This document shows, piece after piece, positions 15,962 through 24,963 of a DNA stretch of 36,900 nucleotides; within the stretch, counting starts at the first letter, position 1; each line of letters begins with the position of its first letter. The position numbers and the translations under genes were made by a program. The stretch lies in IMG/VR virus record IMGVR_UViG_3300007734_000641, positions 1 through 36,900 of that record. One strand, written 5' to 3'. Below the pieces are notes generated by a model that saw nothing but the letters and a program-made list of their open reading frames with translations, made no database searches and was not told where the DNA came from. This DNA is from a virus (taxonomy: Duplodnaviria > Caudoviricetes).

Positions 15962-16080
15962 TGTCATACGTCGTCGGTCAGCACATTGTCGGCAAGGGCT
16001 CCAATCCCGTCGATACCAAGATGGGCGTGGTCTATCCCGACTGGCCCGAGTTCCACGTGAAACATTCTGTGAAACAATGA
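15961..16080 (+). CDS. Possible 39-aa ORF (contains the parS-like site)
   Basis: TAATG and ATGA overlaps at both ends; MSYVVGQHIVGKGSNP... Confidence 0.4.
   Translation: MSYVVGQHIVGKGSNPVDTKMGVVYPDWPEFHVKHSVKQ
16049..16064. promoter_or_regulatory. parS-like centromere site
   Basis: AGTTCCACGTGAAACA matches TGTTNCACGTGAAACA at 15/16; extra half site GTGAAACA at 16069-76. Confidence 0.65.
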
Positions 16081-16538
16081 GTGATCAAACCCAGCCGCCC
16101 CATGCAGGAGGAAGGCCAAGCAAGTATGACCCGGCATTCTGCGAGCAAATTATCGCGTGGGGAGCCGCTGGAAAGTCCAAGACTTGGATGGCTGCAAAGC
16201 TCGGCGTGACGCGCGAATGCATCTACGAATGGGACCGGACCATCCCAGAGTTTTCTTACGCCTTGAAGCGTGCAAAGGCTTTAGAGCAGCTTTGGTGGGA
16301 AGATGCCGGCCAAGATGGAATGGGCGCCGACAAGTTTAATGGCCAAGTCTGGGGTCGCTCAATGGCCGCTCGCTTCCCCGAAGATTGGCGCGAGACTAGC
16401 CGACAGGAACGCACCGGCCCTGATGGTGGACCTCAACAGCTCAACGTAACAGGTGACGCAGTTGCAGTTTTCACCCGCCGCATTGCTCGCCTCGCTGCCG
16501 CCGGATCAACAGAAAGACCTTCTGAAGGGTCTGAATAA
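16077..16538 (+). CDS. terS: Terminase small subunit
   Basis: GGRPSKYDPAFCEQI..GVTRECIYEW..PEFSYAL..RFPEDWRE..TGPDGGP. Confidence 0.88.
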   Translation: MSDQTQPPHAGGRPSKYDPAFCEQIIAWGAAGKSKTWMAAKLGVTRECIYEWDRTIPEFSYALKRAKALEQLWWEDAGQDGMGADKFNGQVWGRSMAARFPEDWRETSRQERTGPDGGPQQLNVTGDAVAVFTRRIARLAAAGSTERPSEGSE

Positions 16539-17850
16539 CGCCGATGCCGATAGACTCCTCTATGAGTGGCCATTCTGGGCAAGACCCAATCAGCTCGCCC
16601 CTGCCGGAAACTGGCGCACTTGGCTTGTTCTCGCTGGCCGAGGCTTTGGTAAGACCCGCATGGGGGCCGAATGGATACGCAGCGTTGCCTGCGGAAGCAC
16701 GCCACTTGCGCGCGGAAGATATGCCCGCATTGCTCTTGTGGCTGAAACAGCAGCGGACGCTCGAGACGTGATGGTGGAGGGGGAAAGCGGCCTTCTCGCT
16801 GTGCATCCAAAGGACTTTCGGCCGCTATATGAGCCATCGAAACGTCGCGTGACATGGCCGAACGGCGCCAGCGCTACACTCTATAACGCTACCGAGCCCG
16901 ACCAGTTGCGCGGTCCCCAGCACGAAGCGGCATGGCTCGATGAGTTGGCCAAATGGCGGTACGCGCAAGAAACCTACGACATGCTGCAAATGGGCCTCCG
17001 TCTAGGTGACGACCCCCGGCAGATCATCACCACGACGCCGCGCCCGACGCCCATCATTCGTATGCTGGTCAAAGACATCCTGACTATCGTGACTAAGGGC
17101 AAGACGATGGACAACTCGGCTAATCTTGCGCCGAGCTTTATGGAACAAATCGTCAAGCGCTACGCCGGCACACGCTTAGGAAGGCAGGAACTGGATGCAG
17201 AAGTTCTGGACGATGCTCCGGGCGCTCTTTGGAGCCGCGCCAAAATCGACGAGCACCGCGTCGAAGGCCGAAAGCTCCCCGACATGCAGCGCGTCGTCGT
17301 CGCCATCGACCCCAACGCCTCTGGCGATCAAGGGGGGGATGACACAGCAGAAACCGGAATCGTTGTCGCCGGCCTTGGCGTTGACGGGCGCGGCTACGTC
17401 ATCGACGACCTATCCTGCCGTCTCAGCCCCAACGGCTGGGCTAGACGAGCCATCAGCGGATTTGACATGCACTCGGCCGACGTGATCGTGGCTGAAACCA
17501 ACCAGGGCGGCGAGATGGTGAAGGCCACCATTCAGAGCGCTAGACCCGGCATCAACTACAAGGGCGTGCACGCTTCTCGCGGCAAGGTTACTCGCGCCGA
17601 GCCAATCAGCGCCCTCTATGAACAGGGCCGCATTAGCCATGTTGGCGCATTCTCTCAGCTCGAAGATCAGATGGTGCTGTTTACGCCGAACGGGATCATG
17701 GGCGACACCACGGCAGACCGCGTAGATGCGCTTGTTTGGGCGCTTACCGATCTGTTCCCTGGCATCATCCGCAAAGACGACACCGCAAACTGGACGATCG
17801 GCGCCCCTGCTAACCCGATGGCTGGTGCAGAAGGCTGGATGATCGGATGA
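16453..17850 (+). CDS. terL: Terminase large subunit
   Basis: LAGRGFGKT, LRGPQ..WLDE, ITTTP, VAIDP, DRVDALVWA. Confidence 0.96.
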   Translation: MTQLQFSPAALLASLPPDQQKDLLKGLNNADADRLLYEWPFWARPNQLAPAGNWRTWLVLAGRGFGKTRMGAEWIRSVACGSTPLARGRYARIALVAETAADARDVMVEGESGLLAVHPKDFRPLYEPSKRRVTWPNGASATLYNATEPDQLRGPQHEAAWLDELAKWRYAQETYDMLQMGLRLGDDPRQIITTTPRPTPIIRMLVKDILTIVTKGKTMDNSANLAPSFMEQIVKRYAGTRLGRQELDAEVLDDAPGALWSRAKIDEHRVEGRKLPDMQRVVVAIDPNASGDQGGDDTAETGIVVAGLGVDGRGYVIDDLSCRLSPNGWARRAISGFDMHSADVIVAETNQGGEMVKATIQSARPGINYKGVHASRGKVTRAEPISALYEQGRISHVGAFSQLEDQMVLFTPNGIMGDTTADRVDALVWALTDLFPGIIRKDDTANWTIGAPANPMAGAEGWMIG

Positions 17851-17923
17851 TGACGCAAAACGATTCCGCCAAGTGTGAAAAATCACGGCCTGACACTTCA
17901 CTAACCGGAATAGATTTGCGCTG

Positions 17924-20035
17924 ATGGAAGTCTATGCACAGGCCGGCGAAAAACAGACGAGCATGACGACGGCAAAGATGGGGACGTTCCTCACCGACTG
18001 CCGGAAGAAACTCGACGCTGCCTATTCGCACGAGCGCGAGAACAGGCGCGAAGCTGCAACCGATCTCGCGTTCCTCGCTGGCTATCAGTGGCCCGAGAGC
18101 ATCCGTAAAGAGCGTCAGGCCCAAGGCCGACCGATCCTCACCATCAACCGCTTGCCGCAGTTTGTTCGCCAGGTCACGAACGACATTCGCCAAGCTGACT
18201 TGGCAATCAAGGTCTCGCCGGTCGATGACAATTCCGACCCGAAGCTCGCCAAGATCTACAATGGCCTTTTGCGCCAGATCCACTACCAGTCCAGCGCCAA
18301 GCACGTTTACGGCCAAGCGGCCGAGCATCAGGTGTCGTGCGGCATCGGCTGGTTCCGCGTCTGCACTGAATACACCGATGATCAGGGTTTCGAGCAGGAG
18401 CTACGTCTAAAAGGCATTCGCAACCCGCTGTCGGTCTATTGCGACCCGGCCGCGATCGAGCCCGATCGCTCAGACGCTAAGTGGATGTTCGTCACTGAAC
18501 TCATCCCGACTGACACGTTCAAAGAGCAGTATCCCGACGCATCACTCGACGGCATCGACCCGCCGAGCGATGGCACGGGCGATCGGCTCACGTGGATCAC
18601 GCGCGACGGCGTGCGGATTGCCGAATATTGGTGTCGCAAGCCGGTCAATAAAATGCTTGGCATGACTGCAGACGGGCAGACGATCGCGCTCGACAAGATC
18701 GGCAAAGACCTTTGGCCGATGCTGGGTATCCAGCGTACGCGCCAGGTCGATAGCTACGAGGTCGAGCAGTACATCATCAGCGGCTCCAAGGTGCTGTCCG
18801 GCCCGCACAAGTGGCAGAGCAAGTGGATACCGCTGATCCCGGTTATCGGCTCGGAAACCCCGCTCGAAACCGCTGTCGTGCGCGCTGGCTTGATCCGCTA
18901 CGCTCGCGACCCGCAGCAGCTCTACAATTACAACCGCACGGCAGCGGCTGAGACGCTCGCTCTGCAGCCCAAGGCGCCCTATCTCGTCAGCGCTAAGATG
19001 ATTGCCCCGTTCAAAAACCTTTGGGACAATCTGCACAAGCACAATTACCCGTATCTTCCATACGACCGCACGCAAGACCCTGACGGACCAGTGCCGCAGC
19101 GCCAGGCCCCGCCGCAGATGTCGCAAGCCTTTGCGAACGAAGCGGCGCTTGCTGACGGCGACATGAAGGCCACGACGGGCATCTATGATAGCTCGCTTGG
19201 TGCGCGGTCGAACGAAACATCCGGCAAGGCGATCAACGCTCGCGATAAGCAGGGCGACACGGCCAACTTCCACTTCGCTGACAACCTTGAGCGCAGCATG
19301 TGGCACTGCGGACGCATCATGATCGAGATGATTCCTCAGATCTACGACACCGAGCGCGTGGTGCGGATCATGGGCGAGGATGACAGCGAGGAGCATCACA
19401 CCATCAACAAGACGGTGATGGGACCGGAGGGACTGCCGATCACCATCAACGATCTCTCGGCCGGCCGATTCGACGTGCGCGCCACGATCGGCACCAGCTA
19501 CGCGACCAAGCGCATGGAAGCCGCGGATGTCATGATGCAGTATCTGCAGGCCGATCCTGCGGCGCTGCCGATGGTGCGCGATTTGGTGGTCAAAAACAGC
19601 GATTGGCCCGGCGCCGAGGAAATGGCTAAGCGGTTTCGCGCTGCAATGCCGCCCGAGGCTTTGGTCGATCCCGACGACCCGAACGCCCCGCCGCCACCTC
19701 CCCCGCCGAACCCGCTCGACGACCCGGTTATCCGCTCCGAGATCGTGTTGCGTGATGCGCAAGCCGCCAAGGCCTACGCCGATGCCGACAAGGTGCGCAA
19801 GGAAAGCGCCGGCATGGTGATGCCAGAGCCGGTGTTGCCGGCGCCTGAGCAAGTGTTGATGCCGCCTCCCGCGCCGCCGCAAGGCCCGCCAATGCAGGAC
19901 ATGGGCGGCGCCCCCGGAATGATGCCCGAGCCCGACGCCGATCAGATGGGCGGGCCGAGCGATATGGATTTTGACAACGCACCGGCACCGATGGGCCTCG
20001 AGCCCGGTCCCGGCATGCCAGTTCAGTTTGCGTAA
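17924..20035 (+). CDS. P22-like portal protein
   Basis: GYQW..RPILTINRLPQFVRQVTND, RYARDPQQLYNY, SNETSGKAINAR, SYATKRMEA. Confidence 0.93.
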   Translation: MEVYAQAGEKQTSMTTAKMGTFLTDCRKKLDAAYSHERENRREAATDLAFLAGYQWPESIRKERQAQGRPILTINRLPQFVRQVTNDIRQADLAIKVSPVDDNSDPKLAKIYNGLLRQIHYQSSAKHVYGQAAEHQVSCGIGWFRVCTEYTDDQGFEQELRLKGIRNPLSVYCDPAAIEPDRSDAKWMFVTELIPTDTFKEQYPDASLDGIDPPSDGTGDRLTWITRDGVRIAEYWCRKPVNKMLGMTADGQTIALDKIGKDLWPMLGIQRTRQVDSYEVEQYIISGSKVLSGPHKWQSKWIPLIPVIGSETPLETAVVRAGLIRYARDPQQLYNYNRTAAAETLALQPKAPYLVSAKMIAPFKNLWDNLHKHNYPYLPYDRTQDPDGPVPQRQAPPQMSQAFANEAALADGDMKATTGIYDSSLGARSNETSGKAINARDKQGDTANFHFADNLERSMWHCGRIMIEMIPQIYDTERVVRIMGEDDSEEHHTINKTVMGPEGLPITINDLSAGRFDVRATIGTSYATKRMEAADVMMQYLQADPAALPMVRDLVVKNSDWPGAEEMAKRFRAAMPPEALVDPDDPNAPPPPPPPNPLDDPVIRSEIVLRDAQAAKAYADADKVRKESAGMVMPEPVLPAPEQVLMPPPAPPQGPPMQDMGGAPGMMPEPDADQMGGPSDMDFDNAPAPMGLEPGPGMPVQFA

Positions 20036-20081
20036 AGCCTGCCCCTCGCGGTTCGCCGCGCCCTGAAAAGGTAGCCCTCCC

Positions 20082-20903
20082 ATGACTGATACTGCCACGG
20101 TGGCCCCGGCCGCTGCACAACCCGTCACACCTGCAAACATCCTTGAACCGGCAAGCGTACCCGTTCCGGAAAAGCTGAACGACCCGGCCACGCCATCGGC
20201 CGAAGCGGCAAAAGAGCCGCCGAAAGAGGCAACCCCCGGCGATCAGGACGCCGCAAACGAAAAGCCTGAAGATCCCAAGCGGAAATCTGCCCGTGAGCGC
20301 ATCAATGAGCTAACCGCTCAGAAGTACGCGGAACAACGACGGGCAGACGAAGCAGTGGCCGAAGCCTATCGGCTTCGCGAGCAGCTCCAACGACAGTCTG
20401 AAATCGATCCGGCTGATTTCGACGCGCAAGAGACAGACCGCTTGCGCCGCGCGATCAAGACCGATCGTTTTGAGGAAACGGTAGCACAAGCTCAGTCGGC
20501 TCAAGCCGCTGTTGCCGAAGCACGCAAGACCGTTTTCATGGCCAAGGTTGACGCCGCACGCGACCGCATCCCCGACCTCGACGAGGCTCTCGGGGAATTC
20601 TCAAAGCTGCCGGTTACGCTGGACACCGCTGAAATCATTGCCGACTCCGACAAGGCCGCGGAAATCGCGTATTTCCTGACCAAAAACCCGGATGAGGCGG
20701 TACGGATCTCAAGACTGCCGCCGGTCAAGCAAGGCGCTGCGATCAAGGCCATCGAGTACAAGATCAGCGTCGGCACACCCCGTCGAACTACATCGGCCTC
20801 GCCGCCGCCTCCTATGATCGGTGCGTCTAGCTCACCTGCAGCGCCAGCGCTGAAGGACATGAGCGTATCCGAGATCGGGGCGCTGCTGGGCTACTCCAAA
20901 TAA
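20082..20903 (+). CDS. Scaffolding protein
   Basis: Acidic/Pro N-terminus, ERINELTAQK coiled coil, AEIAYFLTKNP; between portal and coat. Confidence 0.85.
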   Translation: MTDTATVAPAAAQPVTPANILEPASVPVPEKLNDPATPSAEAAKEPPKEATPGDQDAANEKPEDPKRKSARERINELTAQKYAEQRRADEAVAEAYRLREQLQRQSEIDPADFDAQETDRLRRAIKTDRFEETVAQAQSAQAAVAEARKTVFMAKVDAARDRIPDLDEALGEFSKLPVTLDTAEIIADSDKAAEIAYFLTKNPDEAVRISRLPPVKQGAAIKAIEYKISVGTPRRTTSASPPPPMIGASSSPAAPALKDMSVSEIGALLGYSK

Positions 20904-20928
20904 GCCCCATCCCGAAAGCTGAGAGATC

Positions 20929-22191
20929 ATGGCAAATACGACCTTAACAGCAGATGTCGTCGCCAAGGCGGCACTAGCGATCCTCGATAACGAACTAGGC
21001 GTCGTGAAGACATTTCACCGCGCCTATGAAGACGAGTTCTCCAACCAGGTGAACGGCTACAAGATAGGCGACACGTTGAGCATTCGCCGGCCGGCTGATT
21101 TCACCATCCGCACCGGCGCCACGCTTTCGGCACAGGACGTGATCGAAGGCAAAACGACGCTCGTCATCGATCAGCAGATCGGCGTTGATTTCCAGTTCAC
21201 GTCTTCTGACCTGACCTTGAAGATCAACGACCTGTCCGAGCGCGTCATGAAGCCGGCGATGAGCACGATCGTCAACTACATGGCGTATGACTGCCTCAAT
21301 ACGATGTACAAGCGCATCTACAATTGGGTAGGCACGGCGGGAAACACGGTGAACTCGTTTGCCGACTTCGCGCTGGCGCCGCAGCGTCTCGACACCATGT
21401 CCGTTCCCATGGATGCACGGCACTCTGTCCTATCGCCGGCCGATCACTGGGGTATGCTGGGCTCGCAGACGGCCTTGTATATTCAGGGTGCGGCAAACTC
21501 TGCGTACCGTGACGGCTCGCTGGGCAAGATCGGTGGCGTGGAAACCCGCATGAACCAGATGACGCCGACGCACACCGTTGGCCCGCTTGGTGGTACGCCG
21601 CTGGTCAATGGCGCCACGCAAAACGTGACCTATGACACCGCAAAGAACGCCTGGACTCAATCGCTGATCACTGACGGCTGGACGGCTGCGGCAGCGGCTC
21701 GCGTCAAGGAAGGCGACGTATTCACGATGTACGCGGCCGGCACGTCGGGCGCGCGCGTCCTGATGGTCAACCCCAAGACCAAGCAGGTCACGGACGTTCC
21801 ACAGCAGTTCGTTGTGACGGCTGATGGTTCGTCGGATGGTTCGGGCAACTTGACGCTGACCATTAGCCCACCGATCATCACGTCGGGTCCGCATCAGACC
21901 GTCAACGTGGTGCCCGCTGACAACGCCGGCCTGACGTTCGTCGGCACGGCGGCAACCGGCTACGTGCAGAACATGGCGTACCACAAAAACACCATGGCGT
22001 TGGCAATCGTGCCCATGGAAATGCCGGCGGCTGCGTATGGTGGCCATCGCGAGTCCTATAAGGGCATCTCGCTTCGCGTGATCCCGATCTATGACGGCAC
22101 CAACGACATCAGCAAATGGCGTTTGGACATGCTGTATGGTCGAAAAATCATCGATCCGCGTCTTGCAACGCGCCTCAGCGGAACGGGCTGA
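20929..22191 (+). CDS. P22-like major capsid protein
   Basis: MANTTLT..KIGDTLSIRRP..GVDFQFTS..QNMAYHK..RLDMLYG. Confidence 0.93.
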   Translation: MANTTLTADVVAKAALAILDNELGVVKTFHRAYEDEFSNQVNGYKIGDTLSIRRPADFTIRTGATLSAQDVIEGKTTLVIDQQIGVDFQFTSSDLTLKINDLSERVMKPAMSTIVNYMAYDCLNTMYKRIYNWVGTAGNTVNSFADFALAPQRLDTMSVPMDARHSVLSPADHWGMLGSQTALYIQGAANSAYRDGSLGKIGGVETRMNQMTPTHTVGPLGGTPLVNGATQNVTYDTAKNAWTQSLITDGWTAAAAARVKEGDVFTMYAAGTSGARVLMVNPKTKQVTDVPQQFVVTADGSSDGSGNLTLTISPPIITSGPHQTVNVVPADNAGLTFVGTAATGYVQNMAYHKNTMALAIVPMEMPAAAYGGHRESYKGISLRVIPIYDGTNDISKWRLDMLYGRKIIDPRLATRLSGTG

Positions 22192-22194
22192 TCC

Positions 22195-22785
22195 ATGGCA
22201 ACAACTCGCGACATCGTAACGAGAGCACTTGGCGAACTCATGTTCATGGCTGAGGGAGAGTCACCCTCGGCCCAGGCCATGAGCGACGGGCTATCGGCTC
22301 TCAATGGGATGATCGCGAGTTGGCGCACGCTTGGAATGGTCGTGGTTTCAACACCCGGTTTCCCTGCCGGTAAAAACTGGCGGGGAGACTGGAACCCGAC
22401 GATCACCTATGCAGTAGACGACGCCGTGATGCGATCGGGTAGCACTTACGTGTGCTCGGTCGCTCACGTGTCGAGCCTTTACGACAAGCCAGGCGTGTCC
22501 CCGAATTGGGCAAGCTACTGGATCGCAGACGCGGCAACCGAACTCGAGATCGACGATACGTTCCCGGTGTCCGTGGAGTTCCACAGTGGCATTTTCGCAA
22601 TGCTGGCGGTCGATCTCGGACCACAATTCAACATCGATCCCAAGCCTTTGACGCTGCGCAAGGCCAGCGACGGCCACACCGCTCTGATTGCCGCGTTCCT
22701 GCCGATCAACCCCGTGCGCGTCGATAACGGGCTCATCCGCATGCCAAGCCAGATTTGGCCCTATAACATCGACCAAATCACATGA
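22195..22785 (+). CDS. Head-tail adaptor (P22 gp4-like) with inserted CBM-like module
   Basis: TTRDIVTRALGEL..GESPSA..DGLSALNGMIASW..LAVDLGPQF; insert at 22378-22521. Confidence 0.75.
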   Translation: MATTRDIVTRALGELMFMAEGESPSAQAMSDGLSALNGMIASWRTLGMVVVSTPGFPAGKNWRGDWNPTITYAVDDAVMRSGSTYVCSVAHVSSLYDKPGVSPNWASYWIADAATELEIDDTFPVSVEFHSGIFAMLAVDLGPQFNIDPKPLTLRKASDGHTALIAAFLPINPVRVDNGLIRMPSQIWPYNIDQIT

Positions 22786-24194
22786 GCATTACCCCCATTG
22801 CGCTGGGCTCAGGTTCGTCACCGTCCCGCTTTGCGGCAGGCGGGGCTGCGCATTTCATAAACTGCTATCTCGAAAAGCAGGGCGAGGATTCCAAGTCGCC
22901 GGCAATCGTGGTGGCGTCTGATGGCCTGACCGCGTTCGGTGAACTGCCAACCGATGGCATTCGAGCGGCGCTCGAGGTTGGCGCGTATGTCTATGTCCTC
23001 TATGGCCGCGTGCTGTACCAGGTGGACGCGAACGGCGGTTATACCGTGCTCGGCAACGTGCCGACCGATGGTCTGGTGACGATGGTGCGCAACCGACGCA
23101 CAGATCCGCAAATCGGTATCGTGTCGGATCGCCTGTTTTATGTCTATGACACCGTTGATGGTTCATTCGCCCGCGTGACGGGGCCAAGCACGGCCACGGA
23201 TTTTGAGCCAACCTCGATTACCATTCTGGACGGTTACGGGATTCTTCCCGTGAGTAATTCGCGCTGGTACGTGACCGCGCTTGATGACCTGACCAGCGTT
23301 GACGGTCTCGATTTTGCCGAAGCCGAAAGCGACCCGGACGACATCGTGCGCGCCGCGACCCGTGAGGGCGAAGTGGTGCTGTTTGGTCGAGACACCATCG
23401 AATGGTGGCAGGATACGGGGGACGTGGATTTTGCGTTCGCGCGTAGCCAAGCGATCCGGCTCGGTTGTTTGTCGGCGGGCTCGGTTGCATCCGTGGACCG
23501 CACGCTAGCCTGGATTGCGCACGACGGCACGGTGCGTCTGATGTCCGGCTATGGCGGCGACCGGATCTCTGATCATGCCGTGGAACGTGCCATTTCCTCG
23601 GTTGATCCCGATACGATCTTTGCCACCTCATGGTGGGGCCGTGGGCATACGTTTTACGCGATCTCGAGCGATGAATGGACGTGGGTCTATGACCTATCGA
23701 CAAGCAAATGGCACGAACGCAAGAGCTACGAAGCCGCCCGCTGGGATATCGCTGTCGTTGCGCGGTTCGGGTTGCAGTGGGTGGCAGGATCATCGAGCGG
23801 CGGCGGGCTTTATGTGATGAGCCCCGACGCAATGGACGAAGCCGGAACCGCCATCGTAATGACGCTTCAGACCCCTCCGGTTCATGCGTTCCCACATCGC
23901 TTGCAGTTCAATGCGCTTTTCATCGACATCGTTCCTGGCGTCGGCCTCAACACGACAGCCGCGGCGGAGCTAGACCCAGAATTGATGGTGTCGTGGTCGG
24001 ACAACGGCGGGCAGACGTGGAGCACGGAGCGGCGGATTGCGCTCGGGCGATTAGGTAAGATGACACAGCGCGCGGTGGCGCGGCGGCTGGGGATCTCAAA
24101 CCAGATCGGGCGGACGTTCCGGCTGTCGATTTCAGCTTCGGTGGCGCGTGCGTTTCTGGGGGCATCGGTAGACGTGGATAAGCTCGCAGCATGA
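22782..24194 (+). CDS. Tail hub/packaged-DNA stabilisation protein (P22 gp10-like)
   Basis: DFAEAESDPDDIV, LFGRDTIEWW, TWVYDLSTSKWHER, SWSDNGGQTWS. Confidence 0.88.
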   Translation: MSITPIALGSGSSPSRFAAGGAAHFINCYLEKQGEDSKSPAIVVASDGLTAFGELPTDGIRAALEVGAYVYVLYGRVLYQVDANGGYTVLGNVPTDGLVTMVRNRRTDPQIGIVSDRLFYVYDTVDGSFARVTGPSTATDFEPTSITILDGYGILPVSNSRWYVTALDDLTSVDGLDFAEAESDPDDIVRAATREGEVVLFGRDTIEWWQDTGDVDFAFARSQAIRLGCLSAGSVASVDRTLAWIAHDGTVRLMSGYGGDRISDHAVERAISSVDPDTIFATSWWGRGHTFYAISSDEWTWVYDLSTSKWHERKSYEAARWDIAVVARFGLQWVAGSSSGGGLYVMSPDAMDEAGTAIVMTLQTPPVHAFPHRLQFNALFIDIVPGVGLNTTAAAELDPELMVSWSDNGGQTWSTERRIALGRLGKMTQRAVARRLGISNQIGRTFRLSISASVARAFLGASVDVDKLAA

Positions 24195-24322
24195 CGATTA
24201 GCATGCCACCAATCCCCGTCGATAGCGTCCCCGTGATCGACCCTCAAACGGGCCGAATGACCAAGCCGTGGCGCGATTATCTGATTGCGCTACATGCAGC
24301 ACTGAAGGCGGCAACAGCATGA
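24191..24322 (+). CDS. Small tail protein at the gp26 (needle/plug) position (43 aa, not in ORF track)
   Basis: MTISMPPIPVDSVPVIDPQTGRMTKPWRDYLIALHAALKAATA; ATGA-coupled at both ends. Confidence 0.65.
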   Translation: MTISMPPIPVDSVPVIDPQTGRMTKPWRDYLIALHAALKAATA

Positions 24323-24933
24323 GCTTTTTTGGAGATTTCTTCGGCCAAACGCAGCGCAAAGACCTGCAGAACGCCAACAACCAGTCAACCGCAGCGCTCT
24401 CGACCGGCTATCAGGACGCGAGCGGCAAGTATGAGCAGGCCAAGGGCTATTTTGACCCCTACGCACAAAGCGGTCAGAAGGCTAACAGCACTTACGCGGA
24501 CAGTTTGGGCCTGAATGGTGCGGGTGGTGGTCAAAACGCTCTCATGGCCTACCAGAACGGCCGCAATCCCTATCTGGATTATGAGCAGGACCGGGCGCAG
24601 CGCGGGATTGATCGCGCGGCCAATGCGCGGGGCCGGTTCAACTCTGGCGCGTCGATGCTCGCAGCGTCGAGAGCACGGCAAGAGATGGGCTACAAAGACT
24701 ATGGCGGCTGGCAAAACCAACTCATGGGCTTTGGCCAGCAAGGCATGCAAGCAGCCGGCGGACAGTCTGCACTGACGCAAGGCCAAGGCGATCTGCGGAG
24801 CGGCTACGGTCAGCAGACGGCGGCGAACGCGATAAACTACGGTAACGCGCAGGCCGCGTCTCGCTCGACCGGAATTAACAATCTGATCGGGCTTGCTGGC
24901 GCAGCCGCCAAAGTAGCAACAGCGGCCAAGTAG
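24319..24933 (+). CDS. DNA ejection protein (gp7-like)
   Basis: Gly/Ala/Gln-rich, start MSFFGDFFG; PYAQSG..ANARGRFNSG; syntenic position. Confidence 0.75.
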   Translation: MSFFGDFFGQTQRKDLQNANNQSTAALSTGYQDASGKYEQAKGYFDPYAQSGQKANSTYADSLGLNGAGGGQNALMAYQNGRNPYLDYEQDRAQRGIDRAANARGRFNSGASMLAASRARQEMGYKDYGGWQNQLMGFGQQGMQAAGGQSALTQGQGDLRSGYGQQTAANAINYGNAQAASRSTGINNLIGLAGAAAKVATAAK

Positions 24934-24963
24934 CCACAGCGGCCAACAGTGGAAAGTGACGCC

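Noticed and set aside
18542-20191. 549-aa minus-strand ORF
   Set aside because: Antisense shadow of the portal gene caused by GC3 bias; Arg/His-rich, no motifs
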